Part shown: piece by piece, positions 13,771-23,068 of the stretch
Numbering within the stretch: position 1 is the first letter of the stretch
How the letters are laid out: each line of letters begins with the position of its first letter
NCBI GenBank assembly: GCA_054661495.1
Contig: BAAFSQ010000157.1
Coordinates: 1-23,068 of the forward strand
Origin: Zygophlyctis sp. KS116
Lineage: Eukaryota; Fungi; Chytridiomycota
Reading direction: 5' to 3'
DNA length: 23,068 nucleotides
Position numbers and translations under genes: made by a program
Notes under the pieces: generated by a model
Told to the model about the DNA's origin: nothing
The model's input: the letters and a program-made list of their open reading frames with translations, nothing else
Database searches by the model: none

Positions 13771-15181
13771 TTAATCGTCTTTTTCCTCGTCGTCTTCAAT
13801 AGGCAATCCATCCTTCTTAAGCGCTTCAATCTTTGCTTTAGCAGCTTCTTGCGCAGCCAAAGTTTTGGAGGCTTGATTATCCAAAAACCATTTTTTCTTT
13901 GTTTCAATAGAATCCAAGGTAGTGGGAATTTCAGTTACAGAAACTGGAATTTCAATCTTGAGACGAGAGAATAAATCAATCATTTCTAAATCCAATTTAA
14001 AAGGTTTGACTGCAGTAGTTGGCGCCCTTTTAGCTGATTTCTTTGGTTTTTTTCCAACAAAAAAGTCTTCATCTCGGTCAGTTTTCTTTGAAATAACAGT
14101 CACTCCGGCAGGTACAGAAGAATCAACTGCACGATTAATAGAATTTGTGGGTTTTGAAGCAGTTGCATCAACTTCCTTGTTATCAGGAAGAAAACTGGTG
14201 AGATAAGTAGCTAAATTAGCACATAATCCTAATTCATCAGTGAAGGCAGGAATAGAAGCTCTTTCTAATTCTCTTTCAGCAGCAATTCTTAATTTTTCTT
14301 CCTTTTCTTCAGAAATACGTTTTTGATATTCCTCCTTTTTACGAGCTTGTTCTGATCTATACCAAGCATTAAATTCATCTCTTGCTTTTTTATGAGCACC
14401 TCGGATCGCTTTTAATTCATCATATGCTTTATCCATTTTGGTTCTAATAGAATTTTTTTCATCTATTAAATGTGATGATTTTCCTGCCTTTGAAGCTATT
14501 TCTTTTGATAGAGCATCCATTTGTGACTTAACGTTATCACCTGCAGCCTTATTTTCATCCCTTTTAACATCTAAAGCCTTTAAATTTTCACGTAATTCCT
14601 CCAAAGCCTTACGATCAGCATCTACAAGTGATTGTTGAGAAGAGACTGAATCAAAAGATTTTAAAGATTTCTTTAGATTTGAAATATCAGCAATAATTTT
14701 CTTTTCTTCTGACAGAGACAAATTTCCAAGAGACAATTGTTTTTCAAGATTATTAATATGAGCCTCGACTTCATTCACAGATTTAAAACCAGATTTTTCC
14801 TTTGAATTTTTAACTTGATCTAATCTCTTCTTGATTGAAGCTTGAAAGCCTTTAATTTTTTCAAATATAGCATTTCTTTCCAAAGCTAAAGCATTTCTAG
14901 TAGCACTTATTGTGTCCATTTGATTTTTAAGTTCAGTCTTTGCAGGCGCAAACTGAGCTCTAATAGAATCACTAGAAGATAGTTTTTCATTAATTTGATT
15001 CTATACTTAATCTATTGAATATACCATTTTAGTCTTGAGCCCGTCAATAGTCTTTTGCAGATCATTTACAGCCTAAAATAAGACTTTTGTTTATAATTAC
15101 CTGGTGATACGCCGCATCGTCAGGCTTTGCAGCGTATTTCTTTGGAGTGGCATCAAGAGTTGGTTCTTGAACTGTTGTCAT
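13771..15181 (-). CDS. BFR1: Bfr1-like coiled-coil mRNP/polysome-associated protein, about 452 aa
   Basis: ATG at 15181. Introns at 15073-15100 and 15001-15024. N-terminal KPDDAAY, long coiled coils, LSLSEEKKIIADISNLKK, PAFTDELGLCANL, KKTDRDEDFFVGKK, FKLDLEMIDLFSRLKIEIP. Confidence 0.82.
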
Positions 15182-15347
15182 TCTTTTTTACTGCCTTTGC
15201 CACTAAACACTCCATCCACTTAAACTGCCCCTCAATCAATCCCCTAAGTGATGTTTCCAATGGTAGCCTACTGAACAATACCCACCACCATCAATTTAAA
15301 CTCAATATCGACAATTCAAAATCCAATTTCAATTCAATTCCTTTTTA

Positions 15348-16358
15348 TTACTTTTTACTGGGAAGGGGAGGCTTGTACGCCGTTCGCTTCTTTAATGCTA
15401 GAGAACCAGTTGAATGGGAAGGAGTTGATCTAGCAGAAACGAGATGCTTGTTGGAAAATTTCTTTGGATCCTTGTTACAAACAGGAATATGTCTAGCCCC
15501 AGAATCTGCATTAAATCTTCTTTGACAGTGTGGACATGTTACATAGTCTGGATTAGCTGCTGGAGGTGGTGGAGGACCATCTGTTGACCGTGCTGATCTT
15601 AAAGCATTGATAAAAGATTCATGACGATCTCTCCAATTAGATTTTTTATTCATGGCTGCAATAATCTATTAATTATATCAAAAATAAAATACCTTTTTAT
15701 CCGGTTTGGTTGGACTAAGCGCATATTTTTCCATATCTGTACCAACAACTCTAGCTTTTGCCGTATCAAAGACTTTTCTAGTCTTTTTAGAATTAGAACA
15801 AATTAAAATATGTTTATCTAATCGATCTTGTTCCATAAATTTACGATTACAGATAGAACAAGGTAAATTTGGAACTTTAGATGATTCAATTTCAGTCTCT
15901 AAATTAACTGAATCTTTAATTATTTCTGGTTCATAAACTTCTGCAGCTAATGCAAAAGTTAATGGCTGTTTTCTAATATTAGAGCCAGCAGTTTTAGCAG
16001 ATCTAATAGATTTGTTGTAAGATGAATTCAAATCAAAAGACGTTGAGAAACTAGAATCATTAAATCCATTAGAATTTTGCGATCCTTTACAAAATCTTAA
16101 ATGTTCCATCATTTTATGTTGAGGAATCCGACACATGCAACTAACACAAGGAAACGAAGAATATTCTGTTACAGTTCCAGCAGACATGACGGATCTATTT
16201 TTAAACCGTTTTTTAATGCAACTACGCTGATGAGTTGGTAATGATGCCTTGGTATATAGAATACCGCAAATATGACATTGGCGATCTACGCCAGCTGATG
16301 ATAGAATTCTAATTGGAGTTTCCATCCTTTGATTCGGATATTTTGAGCAATCGGACAT
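15348..16358 (-). CDS. ZC2HC1: ZC2HC1-family (zf-C2HC_2) zinc finger protein, about 327 aa, four C2HC fingers
   Basis: 27-nt intron at 15666-15692. Motifs CSICNRKF...LDKHILIC, RKVFDTAKARVVGTD, SNWRDRHESFINALRSAR, PDYVTCPHCQRRFN...ARHIPVC, plus two extra N-terminal Cx2Cx12Hx3C fingers. The start codon is somewhat uncertain. Confidence 0.85.
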
Positions 16359-16497
16359 TTACTACCGGTCCTGGACATTTATATTGTACATTTACTGATC
16401 TTGTAGATTACTACCATTGATAATTGTATAAATAATTTTAAACTCATTTATACTCAAAAGACTTTACGGCAGGAATCAGCCCTCACAAATCCTTAAA

Positions 16498-17183
16498 ATG
16501 GCACCAAAGATTAATCCAAAGTAACTTTATTTATTGATTTCTAGAGCGATCGCTGGAAATGCTAAAAAGGCAGAAGTTGCTGCTGCTAAAAAGGCAAAGA
16601 TGGATCAAGAAAAGGAAAAGATGGAGACTGAAAAGTGGAAAACGGGATCTAAAGATGAATCAAAAAGGCAAGAAGCAGAATTAAAGAGGCAGGAAGGTAA
16701 TAGATCATGATGTAAAGTATAGCGCTTTCTAAAAAAGCAGAAAGAGAGGCCCTTTTGGCTCTAGAAGAGGCAGAACATAAAAAGGCCCCATTGATTAAAA
16801 ATAAGAATGCAGCTAAAAAGGAAAGTCAAGAAGTTATAGTTGGAATTCTACCAGAGTATTCTGCTTCTGGATTAGATGCTGCAATGGAGTTGATGGATCT
16901 GGCTACTACAAAGAATAATCAAGAAAGGTTGGAAAGGCATCCAGAAAAAAGAGTTAAAAGCGCTTATGCGGCTTTCGAAGAAAGAGAATTGCCTAGATTG
17001 AAAGAGGAAAATCCAGGATTAAGATTATCTCAGTTTAAACAAATGCTGCAAAAAATGTGGAAGAAATCTCCAGAAAATCCATTAAATCAGGATCATATAG
17101 CATACGATACGTCAAAAGATGGTGCAAAGATGATTAAGCAAATTAGAAAAGAAGAGGCTTTGGAAGAATTCAAGTCCAAATAA
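16498..17183 (+). CDS. CCDC124: CCDC124/Oxs1/Lso2-family ribosome-binding coiled-coil protein, about 211 aa
   Basis: Introns at 16521-16544 and 16697-16722. Motifs NPKAIAGNAKKA, ASGLDAAMELM, ERHPEKRVKSAYAAFEERELPRLKEENPGLRLSQ and WKKSPENPLNQ. Confidence 0.93.
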
Positions 17184-17202
17184 ATCGATTATTATTTTTA
17201 AA

Positions 17203-20200
17203 TTACTTTTTCCCTTTCTTCTTTTTATCGGGTTCTTCAGCTGCACCTGCTGCAAGAAGTTCTGCGTTTTTTGCAGCTTCAATTGCTTTTGCAACTTCTT
17301 CGTTTTCTGCTAAAACTCTTGCAATATATTCAGTTCTTTTACCCAAATCTAAAGTACATAAAGCCTCCGCTTCAGATGATAATGCGGACAATAGGTCTTT
17401 GAGTTTGTTGTCTGAAATTCTTGCATCTTTTTCTCTTTTTCTTTCAGATTTAATCCTTGAAATTTCTGCTAATGATACTTTCAATCTCGCTTCTCGTTCT
17501 GATTGCATTTTAGACCAACTGTCTTCATCTAAAAATGGTATTTGACTATCCTCAACAAGAGACGTTTCTGAATCTGCAGTTGTTGGCCGTAATTGCCTTT
17601 TCCAAGGCTTATATTTTAAATCAGAACCTGGATTTGGAGTCATGAAAATTGGCTGGATTGAATTATTATCCACAGATTTAAGATATGCATCTCGGATATC
17701 ATACGCTCTTGCAGATCTACCAGGCTGGGCAGACTCCCATGATTCTTTGATGGCACGATATCGATCTTCTTTTTCTGTGTCTTTGACGACAGTCATCGAC
17801 ACTGTATCAGTAGATATAATTCTCAATTTCCATGGAGTGTCTATAATAGCTGTAGTTGATGCCGCCTTTTCATCAGGAGAAGGCATTGTGGGTTTTCTGG
17901 TTCTCTTGGAAGGAGAAGATTTATCCATTGGCACCCCGACTTTTAATCCACCTCTTGATAATGGTCTAGTTCCTGCCTCTGAGCTTGATATAGTAGAATT
18001 AGATGTGCTAAAAAAAGGTGGCTTGTCAATTGATGCTTGTAATATATACTTATGTTTGGGTAAAGATGACCTTGCAGATCCCTATTTTTAAATTAAGGTA
18101 ATTGATACCTGAGAAGTACTATTTTTATCGCGCATAGAATTATTTCTATCATCTTTTGTTCTGTCAGATGTTTTGATATTTGGATCTTCAGATGGATAGA
18201 AAATGTAAAGTGGAATGTTTACTATCCCACGACCGTAAGCACAAAATATTTGAACATCATTATCATACAGTTCTAATTTGATAGGCAAGCTTTGAATTGA
18301 AAAATTAACCTGCAGAGAAGCAGGATTAAGAATCCCATCTTTGATTTTTAAAAGGTATCGGAAAATAATGTTATGCTTATTTGTGATGTATGCTTCTTCA
18401 AAGTCTTGGACTATTCCTTTTGTCCAAACTTCTGGCGGTCTTTCTGGATTATTAACAATTGGCGTGTCGGAAATAAGGCGAACTTTGAATTTCCCTTGCA
18501 TTCGTGTTAGGGGAGTCTTCAATTCGGCAATCAGAGTGTATCCATTCTAATGTTCATTCTGAAAAAAATACCTTATTTGGAGTATAATTGCGCCTTCTGA
18601 GATTAAAAAAAGCATTGGGGATAACAGAATAATCATCATTGTCTATCATTTTCAAACTACCATATGTTTGAATGAAGTCAGGCAGAAATAAATTTGCAGA
18701 TAAATATGTGGGATCCGAAAAGTAAAGAATTTGCCTAATAATTAATTTGAAAATCGAAATACTTAAAAACTATTGACCATGAGCCTGGAGGCTGCGGTGT
18801 GTAAGAGTCCTCATAGTCTTTTACTGTTATTCCATACGCTTCTTGTAAATATTTAGCTTCATCATCTAGTCCAAAGTCGTCTTTTGCAAAAAACGTAATA
18901 TAGTACGAGGTGGAGCAATCCACGATAAAACGATAAGCCAGTTCTCTTATTATTAGCTACCAAAAGCGCATAATTACCTATTGAGAATCTTAAGTAGGAT
19001 AGTTCCAACCGAGTTTGTAGATGTCTGAATAATTGGAATCTGATTTTCTGAATTAGTCCAAGAATATGGTTCGACTGTTAGAGTAGAAGTCTGATAATTT
19101 GCTCTTCCGAAAGTAGAAATGTTGATCAACACTTCACATTCTTTAGAATCTTCCAAGGAGCCTATGGATTTATTGCTTTCGAAAATTACTAATCAAGGGG
19201 GGAATACGATAATTATCACTTGGCTTGGCAGGATCGTTGATACATTGATAGGTTTTAATATTCTTGAAATTAGAAGTAGGGTGGTAGACCACAACATCAC
19301 TATCTATTTATTTTGTCCAAATTACCTAAACAAGTATACGAATTCGTCAAATGTGATCCAGGTATCAATGGTATGACATGCATTATCTACTTCTGGAATA
19401 ATAGATTTTTTGTGTGATGTTGGACTAAGCATTCTCTTCTTATTTGTACTAAAGTATTTGGCTAATTAAATTTAATTACCCACAGGAAAAGTAACTCCTA
19501 AGTCGTAAATACTTTGAAGGTTCCATTTCCTCTTCATTTGATTGATCTAATTCTTTAAATTCACAAATTCTAAAATAGAATCCCATTGTTTTCATGTCTG
19601 TGTCTCCAAACTCATTATCCGAGTTCTTAAAATCAATTCTATTTATGTTACCTGAGGATCCCGATATGAAAATATCATGGCTGGAGACTCTGTCTTGGTT
19701 GTAGGAATACTTCCTTTAGCAAACAAAGATGCTTGTCTTTCTCTAGAAGGGCTGTTTGACCTGCTTACATTGATCGTGGGTTGATTCAGTTTTACAGATA
19801 AATTTTTGAGATGGTTCCATAGTTTAGAGGAATCAGAAGCGATATGCAGTTTTTCTGGAAGGAGACCTCTTAATGCATATAATACGTCAAAATCCCCTTG
19901 CTCTGGAAATTCACTTATTTCTCTATAACTAGTAATTAAGAAAACTAAGGCAAAATACCTATAAACCGCAATTTTCAAAATCGCTTTGGTAATTAGTACC
20001 GGCCATATCTCTGATATAATAGGACTAGAAACAACAATCGGTTTTCCATCTGATGAGCATGGAATACGATCATCGACAGTAATCTTTCTCCAAGATCCAA
20101 GCCAAAATAATTTCACTACATACTTTCCAGATGGATTATACATTGGAAGCCCATCTTTTCCTTTTGGATATATACAATCCCAAAGAAAATAATCTTCTCC

Positions 20201-20911
20201 AGGATATTGCTTTGTTATCTTTCCTTGATCATAGATAAAATGAAATATGCTTAGTATATGTGTCATTAACCGAGAATTGAGTAAGTGTTTATTAGCTTGA
20301 AATAACTTTGAAGTTTTTCCCAAAGAGTCTGAATGTTCATGAATATCAATCTCTGCCATACTTGGAGATTTATCCTTTTCTGATACATTGGCTTGAGAAG
20401 AATTTGATTCTGGCATTAATGAAGCCTGTGCGACAATATTCAAATCAGATTTCTCAAAGTCATTAACCGATGCTTCAGATAATTGATTTTCATAAATAGG
20501 CTCATTTGGAGTCGCAGCAAATGCTAAACCATGAGTATTTGAAAAAAACCCAACTGTTTCTCCTTTCAATGAAGAATGACCATGAAATATTTCATCTTGT
20601 ATGATTGTAGCTTGCATTATTACTGGCGATTGTCCTTCACTGACTAATTCCATTGGTTTTTTGTAATGATCGAATTTCCCTCTTAGCGATCGTGGATAAA
20701 TTATAGTATCATTATCTTCAAACTGACCCTTTGTAGCCCATTTTTCTGCAGCGATATCAGCATCATTCCATTCTGGGAAAATAACGACTGGTAAATCAAA
20801 ATCAACGTTTTCTTCTGGTAAAACTTCCTGAGCTGACAGAGTGGTAGCGGCTATAAAATCATTACCAACCACAGACATCCTCTTCTTTAGAACATCCTTG
20901 TTTGACTTCAT
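17203..20911 (-). CDS. ADGB: Androglobin-like protein (calpain-like domain plus ADGB C-terminal region), about 1151 aa, apparently globin-less
   Basis: 9 introns: 19929-19958, 19626-19651, 19449-19479, 19300-19325, 19162-19189, 18946-18977, 18735-18762, 18547-18571, 18082-18108. Spliced CDS 3456 nt. Motifs FPEWNDADIAAEKW, PMYNPSGKYVVKLFWLGSWRKITVDDRIP, EIWPVLITKAILK, QPPGSWSIVF, YTPNKNGYTLIAE, HKYILQ, KDTEKEDRYRAIKESWESAQPGRS. Confidence 0.85.
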
Positions 20912-20950
20912 CTGAAAGTTCCGAGTTGTCGGAAGATTCTCGACTATTGA

Positions 20951-20982
20951 GTCGAATATCGTCGAGTATCGTCGAATATCGT
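20951..20982. repeat. 10-bp tandem repeat (GTCGARTATC x3) in the divergent promoter region
   Basis: GTCGAATATC GTCGAGTATC GTCGAATATC GT seen directly, preceded by TCGAC-TATTGA-GTCGA. Confidence 0.85.
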
Positions 20983-21046
20983 GATCTAATGTCTGAACCC
21001 GCTCAAAGAGATATAAAGCCTAAGATTTAGAAAAATAGAAATCGCA

Positions 21047-21376
21047 ATGGTAGATAATTTAGAGTTAATACTTGCATTCTTGGAAGCTCAGAAAAAGCAC
21101 TATCGTCTAAAATTAATTCAATATTTGGAACTGCAAATGAAATTACCACAGGGAATAGCTAAAACACCAATATTACAAAAAATTAAGGAATATAATTCCC
21201 TGATTGAACAAAATGCATTATCTACAATGCATGTAAAGATGATGATCTCTGATCTTAAACATGAGACAAGATCTTTTGTAGATCAAAAGATGAATCGTGA
21301 ATCTAAAAGACCATACTCTATGCCTCCAAAGTCTACAAAAATAGTTGATAGAATGATGACCTTGTTTAATATCTAG
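21047..21376 (+). CDS. Hypothetical helical protein, 109 aa
   Basis: Uninterrupted 330-nt ATG ORF filling the gap between two genes in a gene-dense region, with amphipathic helical patterning. No family recognised. Confidence 0.55.
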   Translation: MVDNLELILAFLEAQKKHYRLKLIQYLELQMKLPQGIAKTPILQKIKEYNSLIEQNALSTMHVKMMISDLKHETRSFVDQKMNRESKRPYSMPPKSTKIVDRMMTLFNI

Positions 21377-21548
21377 ATGAAATGATTTCTAGTTTCTTTA
21401 TAAATACTTTAAATGAGATTAGCTACTTATGTCCATTAATAGGAATCTTCTTTTTTGAAGGCGGTATGTAAAAACCAAGTGACTAAATATACTAATGAGT
21501 TGGGAGATTATGATATTATTTGATTTATTATCAGATAAAATACAAGAT

Positions 21549-21942
21549 TCAGTTTCTCTTGTTAGAGTCTGATGGCTTTATATTTAATAAATTCTTTAAT
21601 GAGCTTCCCATATCATTCAGATTTAGCGGTTGAGGACTAGAGAATGGAACTGGATGATACATTTGCGGATTCATAGATGGACTAGACATTTGTCCGGGAG
21701 AACTATAGACAATCGGCATATTATGTCTTGGAGGCGATGCAGTCACAAAACTTGGAATTGGCAAAACCGACGGATCTGGAGAATTCTGAAATTGTGCGCC
21801 TGCATACAACTCATTACAAGAACTGGGCTTTTGCCTAATTAATTACAATTATTTTAGAAATTACAGAGTTCTAAATTTAGTATTAATCTTTTTACTTTTT
21901 CTTTTTGGACGAATTAGATCCATTCACTGTTGAATTCGACAT
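21549..21942 (-). CDS. PNRC/Edc1-like mRNA decapping activator, about 112 aa
   Basis: YAGAQFQNSPDPSVLPIPSF (YAG activation motif plus Dcp1-binding LPxP) and C-terminal LKNLLNI. ATG at 21942; introns 21871-21895 and 21835-21864 flank a 6-nt exon. Confidence 0.85.
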
Positions 21943-22064
21943 TTACTTTTCCAATTTGCACTTTTTGATCAAGGTTTGCTGCTGACTTGCTGAAACTTAA
22001 CCGTGGATTATTAACCCATTTTATTTTTTTGATTTTCTAAACTTAAAATAAGCCCACTTTACAC

Positions 22065-22859
22065 TTAAAATGGAGCTGCTCTTCCTCTTCTATTCAACAT
22101 CCTAAGAGTATTCAATAATACCGAAACCATATTACAAAAATTATTTGGAGAGTTTCCATCTGCAAGTTTCTTTTGTTCAATTAGAGCTTTAATTTTTGTA
22201 AATTCTACTTCTAATTCATGATTTTTTTCTAAAGAATCTTTTAAACCAACTTGAGTTAAATCTATAGATAACAATTGATCATTATAAGACAACCGATCTT
22301 TTTTCCTTGTATATTTAACTATTAGTGAATCTATTTCCTTTGGAACCTCTTTTTCTACTTCTAAATTTACAGAAATCCTATAATCAAATTCACAATTTGG
22401 AGATCTTATATGTAATTCTGAAATTTTAATTTTCTGTATACAAGATCTAATTCCTGATCCTTGATCTGTAGAGACTCTTAAAGACTCATAAAAAGAGTCT
22501 GTAATTTTTGTATGCCTATATTTAACATTTGGATTATTCCTAGCAGCATGATTTAACAATTGATTAAAGATTGCATGGTGGTCCATAGACATATTAGGAT
22601 CAAAGGAATGATTAGAATTGAAATTAAAAACAGATTCAGAGCTTGTAGTATCCATAATTCTTTTTTTAGAAACTTTATCATGTATTTTCCCTAGTCTAGC
22701 TTCAATTTCAATGACTGAATTTTCAATATTTCTAGACTGACAAGATTCTATAGATTTTGACAAGAATATAGATAAATTCCAGAGAGTATCGTCTACGGGC
22801 CTTTTAAGAAAGAGATTTGGTTCTAGTTTACTATGCTCTATTTTCTGTTTTTTTGACAT
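22065..22859 (-). CDS. CET1: Cet1/Pct1-type mRNA 5'-triphosphatase (triphosphate tunnel metalloenzyme), 264 aa, intronless
   Basis: Motif A IEIEARLG, then RVSTD, YRISVNLE, RKKDRLSY, IDLTQV and motif C HELEVEF. Confidence 0.9.
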   Translation of the reverse strand: MSKKQKIEHSKLEPNLFLKRPVDDTLWNLSIFLSKSIESCQSRNIENSVIEIEARLGKIHDKVSKKRIMDTTSSESVFNFNSNHSFDPNMSMDHHAIFNQLLNHAARNNPNVKYRHTKITDSFYESLRVSTDQGSGIRSCIQKIKISELHIRSPNCEFDYRISVNLEVEKEVPKEIDSLIVKYTRKKDRLSYNDQLLSIDLTQVGLKDSLEKNHELEVEFTKIKALIEQKKLADGNSPNNFCNMVSVLLNTLRMLNRRGRAAPF

Positions 22860-22866
22860 TTTCCTA

Positions 22867-22950
22867 TTTTTTTTAGATTTTTTAGATTTTTTAGATTTTT
22901 AGAGCAATTTTACAGGAATTTTACAGGATTTTAGTGGAATTTTAGAAATT
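22867..22950. repeat. Low-complexity (T)nAGA and AATTTTACAGG-type repeats upstream of CET1
   Basis: TTTTTTAGA-like units x4, then AATTTTACAGG x2 and degenerate copies. Confidence 0.75.
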
Positions 22951-22976
22951 AATTTTCCTTTTTTTTCTTTTTCGTG

Positions 22977-23068
22977 AATTTTTATCTAATTCTTATCTAA
23001 TTCTTATCACTAGGTTATTTAATTCTTATTTAATTTTTATCACTAGGTTATTTAATTCTTATCTAATT
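22977..23068. repeat. 11-bp minisatellite (AATTYTTATYW) with 33-bp higher-order period, running off the window end
   Basis: Eight full 11-bp units from 22977. The variant unit CTAGGTTATTT recurs at 23010 and 23043, 33 bp apart. Confidence 0.85.

Noticed and set aside
15253-15267. RFX X-box-like GTTTCCAATGGTAGC
   Set aside because: Imperfect, and it lies upstream of BFR1 rather than a ciliary gene. No convincing X-box was found before TMEM231, ZC2HC1 or the ADGB-like gene.
10802-18550. Antisense ORFs such as 10802-11170, 13636-13974, 13922-14206, 15127-15525, 17642-18091 and 18341-18550
   Set aside because: Shadows of well-supported genes on the opposite strand, with no independent motifs.
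22977-23068. CRISPR array or telomere
   Set aside because: Eukaryotic context, no unique spacers, and no G-rich telomeric unit.

Overview
AT-rich, very compact eukaryotic nuclear DNA. It is most likely from a zoosporic (chytrid-type) fungus: fungal markers (Cet1-type RNA triphosphatase, Bfr1, Ycf1) sit beside ciliary genes (TMEM231, ZC2HC1, androglobin-like). The taxonomic call is inference. About 18 protein-coding genes can be reconstructed by hand. The ORF track is fragmented by 43 tiny GT-AG introns, all 24-32 nt, and most intergenic gaps are 19-200 nt. The most striking accessory element is a tandem array of four intronless, divergent prepro-proteins at 1108-3530. Each has a signal peptide, a helical pro-region, one to three [L/I]-x-K-R Kex2-type sites, and a C-terminal hydrophobic/TM peptide with a variable tail. 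Shared motifs link them, so they are a candidate undescribed Kex2-processed membrane-peptide or toxin family. Other highlights are an androglobin-like protein that appears to lack the globin+IQ insert and the calpain catalytic Cys, a probable 6-nt microexon, and introns at the same position in both PDI active sites. Gene models are manual and homologies are from recall; no searches were run.
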